Source: an uncultured delta proteobacterium
Lineage (GTDB): Bacteria > Desulfobacterota > Binatia > UBA9968
Direction of reading: 5' to 3'
DNA length: 64,000 nucleotides
Assembly: GCA_963816145.1 (NCBI GenBank)
Contig: CAWFJP010000013.1
Location: forward strand, 160,001-224,000
Within the stretch, counting starts at the first letter, position 1, and every line of letters begins with the position of its first letter. Positions 28,295 to 38,870 of the stretch are shown here, in pieces. The notes beneath the pieces were generated by a model. It had not been told where the DNA came from. It did not search any database and was given only the letters and a program-made list of their open reading frames with translations. A program made the translations under genes and the position numbers.

Positions 28295-30631
28295 ATGATC
28301 TATAAACGCTGGTTACCTGGCCGACGAGTCACCAAGTTGATCGTGGCAGCGGCTCTATTAGTTTTAACCCCATACGGTTTGACCAGCGCCGCTTACGGCG
28401 CTTCGCCAATCATATCGAACGAAAGAGTTCAGCTTAGAACCCTGGCCGATGGAACCGTTGGCGTAGTTATCTCTGCTACGGTTGAGGACGCCGATGGGAT
28501 TGCCTCACTCAAGGTCGCCATCGAGCGGCCGGGCGTGTTTGGCCCTTTTCCCCTTCAGTCAGGCCTGTATCTTTCACCAGGTGACACCCCAACGCTGGAT
28601 GGCTTTAGCGTCACAATCGGTCCTGAGTTTATCCCCGCAGCACAAAGGGCGGGCAACTACCTCATAACTGTGAACGACGGCGTCACGACAGTTTCAACGA
28701 CGGTGACGCTGCCCGCCGGGCTTGTTGAACTTCCCGCGGGCGGGCCAACCGGTGTTGATACGAGCACGGGGCTACTCCGCCCTACCATCTCGATTCCTCC
28801 CATTCCTGGGGCGGCAAGCTATCGGATTTCGATCCAGAACGACTCCGATTCGACTATTCAGAGCTTCGATGGGGTGGCGGGTGCCGACCTATCGCCGGTA
28901 CCAAGCATACGGGTTGGAAGCAACATTCTCGAAGCGGGGAAATTTTACCGATTCAACATTGATGCATTTGACGCCTCGCAGGTCGCTCTGTCTGACCGCC
29001 GGAGCGAAAGCGCGGATATCTGTTACGATCCAGCCACCGGTAATACCAACATCCCCTGCATTGTTCAGAGGGACGTGCACCTTGTTACTCAAGTCGACGG
29101 CAGCGCAGTGATCCAGGCGCTTGGCGGTGTGCTGGACCGGGACGATCTGGAGTCTCTCAAGAACCCGTGCAAGTGGTTGACGGATCAAACCGGAACGAAT
29201 CTGTGCCTAACGATGCCCGCCCCTCCACCGCCTCCCTTTACCGTTACGCGTGGGGCATTCGGGCCGTTCGCGCTCACGGCGAGCCCGTTGATCACTTTGG
29301 ACCTTGATTCAGCGGTGAGAGATAATTTTACGAGCGCGCGAAACCCGCTCGATGCGACTGAAATTCCCGTGGACCAAAGGGCTGGGGATTATATTTTCAG
29401 GGCGCAAGACTCGACCGGTAACGTCGTTACCGCAACACGAGCATTCCCGGCAGGTCTAGTACCTATGCCCCCCGCCGGTCCTGTGACGATCGATACTTCA
29501 TCGGGGGTGTTCACTCCGACTGTAAGTATGCCACCCGTTCCAGGGGCGACGCATTACAGAGTGATCGTTTTCAACGACACGGATTCCTTTCGTATTAACT
29601 TCGACAACCTCCCGGGTGGCACATTATCCGAGTCACCCACGATGAAGTTGTTCGAAGGCGTCATCGAACCAAATAAGGCCTATCGAATTCACATGGACGC
29701 GTTCAACGCCGCGACCTTCCAAACAAGCACTGTACGCAGCCGCAGTGGATCTCAAGTCTATGACCCGTCCAACCTCGATGCCGACGGTGACGGCATTCAA
29801 AGCACCATCGACGGTCTGTTCGCGGGCGGGTTTGTCGATCAAAGCGCCGCTCCGTCAAGCAATTTTACAAATCAACATCTAGGGGGAACTGTTTCCGGTT
29901 CTATTATCGACCGCGCGGATTTAAAAGTCGTGGTCGTCGCTCCCACGGACCCTGCCAACGGGTTGAGACTAGGGGCCACCGGCGGCTCGGGAACCGCGAC
30001 GGTCAACGCTTGTTTGCCGACAGTCGATATAAGACTCCGGGACCGGTCGTCCGCAGCCATCGACTGCGGATCGCTCGAAGTCGACGTGCTCGAAGGGGTG
30101 GTCGAACTCCGACTGGGTAACGGCAGCGTTGTGACCGCACCCGCGGGCGCGGCATTGACGATCAACGAGCCGTCCCCTGGGCAATATTCCGTCGAAAATC
30201 TAGCGTTGAGTTTTGTTCCCGTGACGCTGACAGTTCAAGGAGTATCGATCCCGGTCAACCCCGGGACCGCTTCGGTATCGATCGTCGACGCGAAAATCGA
30301 AATCAGCCCCTTGCTGCCCAATATTATATTCCCAAAATTTAAACTACCCGTGTTTGTCGCCATTTTTTCCGGCATTGGTTTCAACGCGCCGGTAGAAGTC
30401 GATCAGTCCACTGTCACGTTCGGCAGGACTGGGTTGGAGGCCAAGTCAAAACAATGCTGGAAGTTGGACCTGAACCGAGATCGCAAGACCGATCTGCTGT
30501 GCGCTTTCGCTACTCAGGAAAGCGGCTTTCAGTCTGGCGACAAGGTTGGTCTACTCAGAGGTAAGACCTTTGCTGGCAAACTGATTCAGGGTAGTGATCG
30601 CGTTAAAATCATCTCGGGAATCAGAAAATAA
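28295..30631 (+). CDS. secreted protein with an internal duplication and Ca-binding-like motifs
   Basis: Signal peptide; PAGLV..P..GP..DTS.G...PT.S.PP.PGA..YR occurs twice; DADGDG and DLNRDRKTD loops. Confidence 0.8.
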   Translation: MIYKRWLPGRRVTKLIVAAALLVLTPYGLTSAAYGASPIISNERVQLRTLADGTVGVVISATVEDADGIASLKVAIERPGVFGPFPLQSGLYLSPGDTPTLDGFSVTIGPEFIPAAQRAGNYLITVNDGVTTVSTTVTLPAGLVELPAGGPTGVDTSTGLLRPTISIPPIPGAASYRISIQNDSDSTIQSFDGVAGADLSPVPSIRVGSNILEAGKFYRFNIDAFDASQVALSDRRSESADICYDPATGNTNIPCIVQRDVHLVTQVDGSAVIQALGGVLDRDDLESLKNPCKWLTDQTGTNLCLTMPAPPPPPFTVTRGAFGPFALTASPLITLDLDSAVRDNFTSARNPLDATEIPVDQRAGDYIFRAQDSTGNVVTATRAFPAGLVPMPPAGPVTIDTSSGVFTPTVSMPPVPGATHYRVIVFNDTDSFRINFDNLPGGTLSESPTMKLFEGVIEPNKAYRIHMDAFNAATFQTSTVRSRSGSQVYDPSNLDADGDGIQSTIDGLFAGGFVDQSAAPSSNFTNQHLGGTVSGSIIDRADLKVVVVAPTDPANGLRLGATGGSGTATVNACLPTVDIRLRDRSSAAIDCGSLEVDVLEGVVELRLGNGSVVTAPAGAALTINEPSPGQYSVENLALSFVPVTLTVQGVSIPVNPGTASVSIVDAKIEISPLLPNIIFPKFKLPVFVAIFSGIGFNAPVEVDQSTVTFGRTGLEAKSKQCWKLDLNRDRKTDLLCAFATQESGFQSGDKVGLLRGKTFAGKLIQGSDRVKIISGIRK

Positions 30632-30903
30632 TCAAGCCTTTTGACCCTCGGATGCTCGGTGTCAGGGCTCTGGTTCGGAGTTCCTGGCACCGTGGGGTTT
30701 CTGTCCTGTGTTTAGGAATTGAGAAAGAAGTTGGTCGTTGCTCGACTCGCCATCGATCTTGTCACGAAGCGGCTCAATCTCCGTTTTTTTCGTTAGGCGT
30801 GGCGTATATCTCACAACAAGAGAATCCTGCCACCCTTAGGCCGTAAATCAGCGCGATTATGTGCTGCTCGGTTGCGCGACATCATAAAAGCGGCTCAGCT
30901 CGT

Positions 30904-30933
30904 GTAAGAAACCGCGACCACTCCCGTCTATTT
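30904..30933 (+). promoter_or_regulatory. candidate ECF promoter 2
   Basis: GTAAG-N16-CGTCTATTT upstream of the giant surface-protein gene. Confidence 0.65.
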
Positions 30934-31113
30934 TCCCAAAGCGGCGATCTCATAGGGTCGTAGTGTGTTCAGAATCCGTGCGGGATCTTCCCGGATTCTT
31001 TGCGTAGCCGAGAATCTCGTCATGGCACGGACTGTCCATTGCGGAGTGAAGACTAGAGCCAGCTGGATGTGCGAAGTGATTTCCAAATAGGTTTGGTAAT
31101 AGAGGAAAGCTCC

Positions 31114-34100
31114 ATGAACAGAAAACAAAGTCCACTTCACATGTTACAGCCAGTCTTCAGTCTGCTGCTTGTTTTGTTCGCCGCCGGCACGGCGGCAGCG
31201 CAGACGATCGAGATCGTCAAGGACTTTATCGGCTACGGCACGCGGCCGCAGGCCCCGTTGATCCTCGGCAGCGATGGTTTCTTGTATGGGACGACGTATC
31301 AAGGCGGCGCGGGCGGAAGCTCTACCGGCAACGGCACGGTTTTCAAAGTTGCCACCGATGGGAGCGGCTATCAGATCATCAAGCATTTTCGGTGCACTGT
31401 TGGGGACGATGGCTGTTTGCCGCTGGCGGGACTAGTTCAATTGAGTGACGGGTTTCTGTACGGCACGACGAGCAGCAGTGCTGTCACCGGGGGCTCCAAC
31501 CCTGCGGGGACCATCTTTAAGGTGGCACCGGATGGCAGCGGTTATCAAGTTCTAAAAGCGTTTACTATTTCTGGATCAGATGGCAAAGAGCCGCGTGCAG
31601 GATTGATTCTCGGCACCGACGGATTTCTTTACGGAACCACGTACGCAGGCGGTGTGAACGGGGGCGGGACAGTTTTTAAGATTGCCCCAAATGGCGGGAT
31701 TTTTCAGGTCATCAAGGCCTTTCAATGTGGCAACAACGCCGGGAATGCCTGTAATCCTCAAGCCACGCTGCTGCAATTGAGCGACAATTTCTTGTATGGC
31801 ACGACCAATCTCGGCGGTGCGAACGATCAGGGCACGGTCTTTCGAATCTCGATGGATGGCAGCGTATTTGAAATCTTACATTCTTTCGAGTGTGGTAATC
31901 TGCCGGCCAACGGTTGCAACCCGCAGGCCGAGTTGACGCTACATACCGGCCTTCTGTACGGCACGACCAACCTCGGTGGCGCGAATAACCAAGGTACAAT
32001 TTTTACGATTGGAACGGACGGTACCGGATTCCGGGTTATCCGGTCGCTTTCCTGTGGCAACGCGAGCGGGGGATGTAATCCGAGCGCTGGGCTAATCCGA
32101 TTGGGCAATGGATTTTTTTATGGCACGGCTTCAGCCGGCGGCGCAAACAATTCCGGTACGGTTTTCGCGATCACACCTGATGGTCTGACGTTTTCGGCGA
32201 TTAAGTCGTTTCAGGCCGGTTCCATAGTCGATAATGGTTATCAACCAAGAGCCGCTCTTGTCGCGCTAACGGACACCTTTTTGTATGGGACGACAACATT
32301 CGGAGGCGCGCATAACGAAGGTGCTGTCTTTAAGGTCGGGGCGGACGGGAGTGGCTTTACTGTGCTCTTATCGGGAGGTTGCGATCCGACGAACGGCTGC
32401 GAACCACTGGCTCCTTTATCCCAGGCCATGGATGGAAACCTCTACGGCACGACGCTTTACGGTGGCGGTGTCCTGCCGTCTGACACAGCCGGTGGAACTG
32501 TGTTCAAGATCGCGCCTGACGGTACGGGGCATACCCATCTCAGATCACTTAGCAGTATCAATCCCGCGCTTGCGCAACCTACGGGTGGTTTACTTCAGTT
32601 GAGCGATAGTTTTCTCTACGGCACGACTCGGATCGGTGGCGCAAATAACGCTGGAGCGGTCTATCGAATTTTGCCGGACGGCGCGAGTTTCCAAATCGTC
32701 AGATCATTCACGTCCGCCGAGAGTTTCGAGCCCACGGGTCGACTAGTCCTCGGTAGCAATGGATTTTTGTTCGGCGTGACGACTCGTAGTGGTTCGGTCT
32801 TTTGGGTTCGGCCGGACGGGTTAGGGGCCTCGCAATTCGTTGTGGGCTCCAGCGGCAATTCGCCCTTTAGCGGCATGAATCTAATTCGTCTAAGCGATGG
32901 TTTCTTGTATGGCACGACGACCGGAACTATTTTCAAGATCGACGAAAATCTGGCCAATTTTCAGGTCATCAAGACTTTCACCGGTGGCGTTAACGACGGC
33001 GGTCGTGCCGAGGCAGGATTGACGCTTGGCTCTGACGGTTTCCTTTATGGCGTCACGGTAACTGGCGGCGCGAATAACGGGGGCACGATCTTTAGAATCG
33101 CGCCCGACGGTAACGGATTCGAAATCATCAAGTCGCTTCAGTGCGGCGTCGCCAACAACCCATGTTCCCCTCGAGCCGAGTTGCTTCAGCTCAGCGACGG
33201 TTTCTTGTACGGCACCAGTGTAGCCGGCGGCGAGTTTGGTCGAGGGACTTTATTTAAGATCAGGCCCAACGGCTCGGATTTTAGCGTTATCGACTCTTTC
33301 GACTGCGACGGTAACGATGGCTGCGATCCCGAAGCTGGATTGATACTGGCAAGCAACGGATACGTTTACGGGACGACACGGCGCGGCGGTTTGTACGGCA
33401 AGGGTACGATCTTCCGATTTGCGCCTGATAGCACGGCGCCGGATACGACGATCAATTCTGGTCCCGCCAATCCGAGCAACAGTACAAGTGCGACGTTTAT
33501 TTTCACGGCGACGGAAGCAAATAGCACGTTTGCTTGCAGCCTCGACGGCGCGGCTTTTACTGCGTGCACGAGTCCAAAGACTTATGTCGGTCTTATCGAT
33601 GGCGCCCATAGCTTCCAGGTGCGAGCAACGGATCTGTTCGGGAACACGGACGCAACTCCTGCCGGGTTTAACTGGACCATCGACATCATCCCGCCGGAGA
33701 CTACGATCACAGTGGCGCCCGCGGCGACAACGACGAGCACGAGCGCGGGTTTCGAGTTTACCGCGACAGAACCCGCTACCTTCGCATGCAGCCTCAACGG
33801 CGCGGCGTTTTCAAACTGCGCCACGCCGCAGAATTACACCGGACTGGCCATTGGCCCGCATACCTTCCTGGTCCGCGCGATCGACGCGGCCGGCAACTTC
33901 GACACCACACCCGCGGGGCACAGTTGGACGATCAACGCGCTTGATGTAACGCCGCCGGATACGACCATTACGTCCGCCCCGCCGGCGTTAACTAACAATA
34001 CAAGTGCCACCTTCGAGTTTAGTTCGACCGAGGCAAACAGCAACTTCCGTTGCAGTCTTGATGGTGCTCCGACTTCATCCTGTACAACTCCTCACAGTTA

Positions 34101-34170
34101 CGCTGGGTTAACGAGTGGGAGTCCGATTTTTCGGTGCAAGCGACGGATGCGTTTGGTCACGTTGACCTGA
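31114..34170 (+). CDS. giant surface protein, fragment 1: signal peptide, GloVer-type tandem repeats, Ig-like repeats
   Basis: GAGGA RBS, AAA-Q signal; repeated DGFLYGTT..GG....GT(V/I)FKI; then PDTTI..FACSLDG..F.VRA.D..GN; frameshift near 34130. Confidence 0.88.
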   Translation: MNRKQSPLHMLQPVFSLLLVLFAAGTAAAQTIEIVKDFIGYGTRPQAPLILGSDGFLYGTTYQGGAGGSSTGNGTVFKVATDGSGYQIIKHFRCTVGDDGCLPLAGLVQLSDGFLYGTTSSSAVTGGSNPAGTIFKVAPDGSGYQVLKAFTISGSDGKEPRAGLILGTDGFLYGTTYAGGVNGGGTVFKIAPNGGIFQVIKAFQCGNNAGNACNPQATLLQLSDNFLYGTTNLGGANDQGTVFRISMDGSVFEILHSFECGNLPANGCNPQAELTLHTGLLYGTTNLGGANNQGTIFTIGTDGTGFRVIRSLSCGNASGGCNPSAGLIRLGNGFFYGTASAGGANNSGTVFAITPDGLTFSAIKSFQAGSIVDNGYQPRAALVALTDTFLYGTTTFGGAHNEGAVFKVGADGSGFTVLLSGGCDPTNGCEPLAPLSQAMDGNLYGTTLYGGGVLPSDTAGGTVFKIAPDGTGHTHLRSLSSINPALAQPTGGLLQLSDSFLYGTTRIGGANNAGAVYRILPDGASFQIVRSFTSAESFEPTGRLVLGSNGFLFGVTTRSGSVFWVRPDGLGASQFVVGSSGNSPFSGMNLIRLSDGFLYGTTTGTIFKIDENLANFQVIKTFTGGVNDGGRAEAGLTLGSDGFLYGVTVTGGANNGGTIFRIAPDGNGFEIIKSLQCGVANNPCSPRAELLQLSDGFLYGTSVAGGEFGRGTLFKIRPNGSDFSVIDSFDCDGNDGCDPEAGLILASNGYVYGTTRRGGLYGKGTIFRFAPDSTAPDTTINSGPANPSNSTSATFIFTATEANSTFACSLDGAAFTACTSPKTYVGLIDGAHSFQVRATDLFGNTDATPAGFNWTIDIIPPETTITVAPAATTTSTSAGFEFTATEPATFACSLNGAAFSNCATPQNYTGLAIGPHTFLVRAIDAAGNFDTTPAGHSWTINALDVTPPDTTITSAPPALTNNTSATFEFSSTEANSNFRCSLDGAPTSSCTTPHSYAGLTSGSPIFRCKRRMRLVTLT

Positions 34171-37100
34171 CGCCAGCCGTCTACGCCTGGACCATCGACA
34201 CGGTCGCGCCCAACACGACATTTACAGGAACGCCGCCGGCCTTGACAAATGGCACCAGCGTAAGATTTGACTTCGTTTCCACGGAAGCGGGCAGCACCTT
34301 CGGCTGCAGTTTAGACGGAGCCGCGTTCAGTACCTGTACGAGCCCGACCATTCTCCATGGGCTTGCTGCGGGCAGCCACACTTTCCAAGTTCAGGCGACC
34401 GATCAGGCGGGCAACACCGACCCAACACCGGCGAGTTTCACATTTACAATCGACATAGCGGCGCCAAGCTTGACTAGTTTCATCGTGAATACACCGGCGC
34501 TCGACACAACCAACGGGCCGGCCAACGTCAGCACGACGTTGACGATGACCGATGATGCATCGGGCGTAAGCACCCCGACTGTAGATATGACTAGCCCAAC
34601 CGGCTTCTTGAGAAGCGGCAGTTGCGTCCTGTCCAGCGGGACATTGCTCAATCGGACGTATCAGTGCACGGGGACCCTGCCGCAATACAGCGAGAGCGTC
34701 GTATGGCAGTTTTCCGTGCGCTTGAGAGACGTAGCGGGGAATACGACAACCGTCACCAACGCGCAACTCGTGACCCTAGGATTTACAGCTAGTTTTACTA
34801 ACGCGAGTCAGCCAGGCATCAATCTGCCAACGCTGGTCCGTGTCAATGATCCCGCCCTTCCGGCGGGTGTGGATGGTTTCAATTTGACCCGCGACACAAC
34901 CACAGGGCTGGAGTGGCTGGACCTAACGCTGACAAAGGGGCTATCCTACGACGACATAGCTAGCGGAGCGGGAGGTTTTCTCTCGGCGGGCTTCCGCATC
35001 GCCACGACGAGCGAAGTCGCAACTCTTTTCACGCACGCTGGAGCAACTAACCTCGCGGGAGATTCGTTACCCGCCCAGTTCTCCGCAGCATTTAATCTGA
35101 TCTCTCTGCTCGGCTGCACCTTTGCTTGCGCCGGGTCTGCTTCGCAAGGATACATGGATTTCGTCCCCACGAATCCAAGCCAAGCCACGGATGGCTTGGT
35201 GCAAACGCTTTCCTCGTCCATCGGCATTTTTAGGGTTGGCATGGGTCCAACGTTTAAAAATACACGAAGCCCGGATGTGGGAACGTTTCTATACCGTTCA
35301 ACCAGAGCTCGAAAGATTTACTGGAGTGAAGACGACAAGCTCCGACGAGCAAACGTCGACATCCAACCAGGAGAAACCCCCACAACTCGAACCGACATCG
35401 AAAATCTGCTTGTCGGGCAGCCAGTGTGCTGCGGCCGGGCGCTGGCAATCGATGAAACGAATCGCAAGGTTTATTTAGCCACGGCAGCCAACAATTTTGT
35501 CGGCATCCAAAGAGCGAATGTCGATATCCCTGCGGGCCAGACGGCTTCCAATCGCACCGATGTCGAAGTCCTCGTTCCCGGACAGATGTGGGGCATCGCG
35601 CTGGACGTAGCTAGCGGGAAAATGTATTGGACCCAGACCTTCAACGGCAACGTCCGCCGATCCAATCTCAACATTCCCGCGGGCCAGACCGCCAACAATC
35701 GGACGGATATCGAAGATCTCGTCGTGGGTGAGTCGATCAATCGCCGCTACGTCGCCTTGGATAAGACCGCCGGAAAAATGTATTTCGTCGACGGCAATGG
35801 CGGGCGCATTCAACGGGCCAATCTAGATGGTTCCAATCTCGAACACCTGGTCACCGGCCTGTTTTCCTATGAGACCGTTGCGTTAGTGTTGGATCTGCAA
35901 GCCGGCAAGTTTTATTTCACTCGCGGAGGCTTCGGCGGACCGACGAAAATCCAGCGAGCCAATCTCGATGGATCGAGTGTCGAAGACGTCGTGCTACTCT
36001 CGGCTCCGCCTTACGGATTGGCCATCGACGCGGTCAGTGGAAAATTGTACTGGGGCACCGGCGCCCAGGATGGCAACGACAAGATCCAACGGGCAAATCT
36101 TCAGATACCCGCTGGACAGACCGCGGCTACACGCACCGATGTAGAAGACATTGTTACGGGTTTGAATTTCGTTACGGGAATCGCGCTAGAGTTTGCGCCA
36201 ATCGACACAATAGGGCCGGAGACCACGATTACGACCAGTCCAGCTACGTTGACCAATAGTACAACGGCAACCTTTGAATTTACGTCCAACGAGTCAGCGG
36301 TACCTTTTGCCTGCAGCCTGGACGGCGGGACGTTTGCCGCGTGTTCGAGTCCGCAGACCTACACGAACCTTGGAGAAGGCAGTCACAGCTTCCAGGTACG
36401 TGGTACGGATCAATTCGGAAATACGGATGCGACTCCGGCGAGTTTCAATTGGACCATCGACATCATACCGCCGGAGACCACGATCACGGCCAATCCACCG
36501 GCGACTACAACGAGCACGAGCGCCGCGTTTGAATTTACGTCGAGCGAGGCGGCGACCTTTGCCTGCAGCCTCGACGGCGCGGCGTTTTCAAACTGCGCCA
36601 CGCCGCAGAATTATACCGGACTGACCGTTGGCCCTCACATCTTCCAAGTCCGCGCGATCGACGCGGCCGGCAACTTCGACACCACACCCGCAAGTCACAG
36701 TTGGACGATAAACACGCTCGATGTAACGCCGCCGGAGACGGCGATTACCCTCAAACCCTTGGCGTTGACCGCCAATACAACGGCAAGTTTCAATTTTACG
36801 TCGACTGAGACGGGCAGCACTTTTGCCTGCAGCCTTGACGGCGGCGCGTTCACGGCATGTGCAAGTCCGCAGGCGTACAACGCCCTTGCAAACGGTTCGC
36901 ATACATTCCAGGTGCGCGCTACCGATGGTGCCGGTAACACAGACCAGACGCCAGCGAGCTATATATGGACCATTGATACCACGCGTACTGTGGACACCTC
37001 GGCACCAGTATTGGCAAGTTTTGTGATTGACACGCCGACGGTGGACACGAGCAGCGGGCCAGCCACCGTACTGGCAACTGCAGTAGTCCAGGATGATTTG

Positions 37101-37829
37101 TCGGGCGTGAATTTCTTGTCTTGGAATGTGCGACTGCAGGGCCAAACTGGCGATGTAGTTGGTGGTCAGTGCTCACTTACGAGTGGAACGGTGTTGGACG
37201 GGATATATCGGTGTCCAGGGACTCTGCCTCAATTTAGTGCGGTGGGTACGTGGCAAGTCGTTTCAGTGACTGCAAGGGATGCAGTCAACAACCCTCGAAT
37301 TTATTCTTCAACAGACCTTACGAGCCTTGGATTCCCCTCCACCTTTATTAACACGGGCCAACAGGACCTTGCGGCACCGGTATTGGCAAGTTTTGTGATT
37401 GACACGCCGACGGTGGACACGAGCAGCGGGCCGGCTACCGTACTGGCAACTGCAGTAGTCCAGGATGATTTGTCGGGCGTGAATTTCTTGTCTTGGAATG
37501 TGCGACTGCAGGGCCAAACTGGGGATGTAGTTGGCGGTCAGTGCTCACTTACGAGTGGAACGGTGTTGGACGGGATATATCGGTGTCCAGTGACTCTGCC
37601 ACAATTTAGTGCGGTGGGTACGTGGCAAGTCGTTTCAGTGACTGCAAGGGATGCAGTCAACAACCCTCGAATTTATTCTTCAACAGACCTTACGAGCCTT
37701 GGATTCCCCTCCACCTTCGTTAACGATCCTGTAACCGGGAGTCAGCTTGTGACAGTGCTGCACTCGATTTACGGGCAGTGGCGCGAGCGGTACAGGGGGG
37801 GCCCCTGGCGCCAGTTTAATTCAAGGTAG
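34134..37829 (+). CDS. giant surface protein, fragment 2: Ig-like repeats, TGLEWLDL domain, YWTD-like propeller, duplicated 124-aa domain
   Basis: Continues the Ig-like repeat in a new frame; KMYWT / IQRANLDGS repeats; frameshift near 37767. Confidence 0.85.
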   Translation: MQATDAFGHVDLTPAVYAWTIDTVAPNTTFTGTPPALTNGTSVRFDFVSTEAGSTFGCSLDGAAFSTCTSPTILHGLAAGSHTFQVQATDQAGNTDPTPASFTFTIDIAAPSLTSFIVNTPALDTTNGPANVSTTLTMTDDASGVSTPTVDMTSPTGFLRSGSCVLSSGTLLNRTYQCTGTLPQYSESVVWQFSVRLRDVAGNTTTVTNAQLVTLGFTASFTNASQPGINLPTLVRVNDPALPAGVDGFNLTRDTTTGLEWLDLTLTKGLSYDDIASGAGGFLSAGFRIATTSEVATLFTHAGATNLAGDSLPAQFSAAFNLISLLGCTFACAGSASQGYMDFVPTNPSQATDGLVQTLSSSIGIFRVGMGPTFKNTRSPDVGTFLYRSTRARKIYWSEDDKLRRANVDIQPGETPTTRTDIENLLVGQPVCCGRALAIDETNRKVYLATAANNFVGIQRANVDIPAGQTASNRTDVEVLVPGQMWGIALDVASGKMYWTQTFNGNVRRSNLNIPAGQTANNRTDIEDLVVGESINRRYVALDKTAGKMYFVDGNGGRIQRANLDGSNLEHLVTGLFSYETVALVLDLQAGKFYFTRGGFGGPTKIQRANLDGSSVEDVVLLSAPPYGLAIDAVSGKLYWGTGAQDGNDKIQRANLQIPAGQTAATRTDVEDIVTGLNFVTGIALEFAPIDTIGPETTITTSPATLTNSTTATFEFTSNESAVPFACSLDGGTFAACSSPQTYTNLGEGSHSFQVRGTDQFGNTDATPASFNWTIDIIPPETTITANPPATTTSTSAAFEFTSSEAATFACSLDGAAFSNCATPQNYTGLTVGPHIFQVRAIDAAGNFDTTPASHSWTINTLDVTPPETAITLKPLALTANTTASFNFTSTETGSTFACSLDGGAFTACASPQAYNALANGSHTFQVRATDGAGNTDQTPASYIWTIDTTRTVDTSAPVLASFVIDTPTVDTSSGPATVLATAVVQDDLSGVNFLSWNVRLQGQTGDVVGGQCSLTSGTVLDGIYRCPGTLPQFSAVGTWQVVSVTARDAVNNPRIYSSTDLTSLGFPSTFINTGQQDLAAPVLASFVIDTPTVDTSSGPATVLATAVVQDDLSGVNFLSWNVRLQGQTGDVVGGQCSLTSGTVLDGIYRCPVTLPQFSAVGTWQVVSVTARDAVNNPRIYSSTDLTSLGFPSTFVNDPVTGSQLVTVLHSIYGQWRERYRGGPWRQFNSR
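37001..37723 (+). repeat. near-identical tandem duplication, 372-bp period
   Basis: GGCACC.GTATTGGCAAGTTTTGTGATTGAC starts at 37001 and 37373; copies differ by only a few bases. Confidence 0.9.
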
Positions 37830-38870
37830 CGACGGAAACTTTTACGGCACGACGGAAGGGGGCGGGGCGAATAATCTCGGCACGATCTTTCGAATGGACG
37901 GGAACGGTAACGTGACGGTGTCGCACTCGTTTACGGGCAGCGGCGCAAGCGGTACTGGGAGTGATCCCTTTGCCGGTTTGCTGCAAAGTAACGACGGTAA
38001 CTTATACGGCACGACGAGCAGCGGCGGCGCGAATGACTTCGGCACGATTTTCCGCATGGACGGGAACGGCAACGTGACGGTCCTGCATTCCTTTACGGGC
38101 AGTGGCGCAAGCGGTACAGGGCGTGTCCCTGAGGCCAGTTTAATTCAGGGCAGCGATGGCAACTTCTACGGTACGGCAGCCCTCGGCGGCGCGAATGACT
38201 TCGGCACGATTTTCCGCATGGACGGGAACGGCAACGTGATGGTCCTGGCATTCCTTTTCGGGCAGCGGCGCAAGCGGTACAGGGAGTGTCCCTGAGGCCA
38301 GTTTAATTCAGGGCAGCGACGGCAACTTCTACGGCACGACGAGCAGCGGCGGCGCGAATGACTTCGGCACGATTTTCCGCATGGACGGCAGCGGTAATGT
38401 AACGGTGCTGCACTCGTTTTCGGGCAGCGGCGCGACTGCAACCGGGATGGGTCCCGTTGCCAGTTTGCTCCAAGGAAACGACGGTAACTTCTACGGCACG
38501 ACGAGCGGCGGTGGTGCGAATGCCTTCGGCACGATCTTTCGTATGGACGGTAGCGGGAATGTGACAGTGCTGCATTCGTTTACGGGCAGCGGGTCAAGTG
38601 GCACGGGAGGAGGAACTTCTGCAGGCTTGATCCAGGGCAGCGACAGTAACTTTTACGGCACGGCAAGACTCGGCGGTGCGAATAACTTAGGCACGATTTT
38701 CCGCATGGAGGGTAGCGGGAACGTAACTGTGCGGCACTCGTTTATCGGCAGCGGGACAAGCGGCGTCGGCTGGTATCCCCGAGCCAGCTTAATCCAGGGC
38801 AGTGACGGTAACCTCTATGGGACAGTGCAAGCTGGCGGGGCCAATAACTATGGAACGATCTTCCGTGTAA
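37750..38870 (+). repeat. about seven 162-bp (54-aa) GloVer-type repeats
   Basis: FRM(D/E)G anchors at 37891, 38053, 38215, 38378, 38540 and 38702; one interval is 163 nt (indel). Confidence 0.85.
37894..38295 (+). CDS. giant surface protein, fragment 3: GloVer-type repeats
   Basis: DGNLYGTTSSGGANDFGTIFRM repeats between two +1 frameshifts. Confidence 0.7.
   Translation: MDGNGNVTVSHSFTGSGASGTGSDPFAGLLQSNDGNLYGTTSSGGANDFGTIFRMDGNGNVTVLHSFTGSGASGTGRVPEASLIQGSDGNFYGTAALGGANDFGTIFRMDGNGNVMVLAFLFGQRRKRYRECP

Noticed and set aside
37750-38870. Regularly spaced DNA repeats as a possible CRISPR array
   Set aside because: The 162-nt period is a multiple of 3 and encodes protein repeats; no short repeat-spacer structure and no cas genes.
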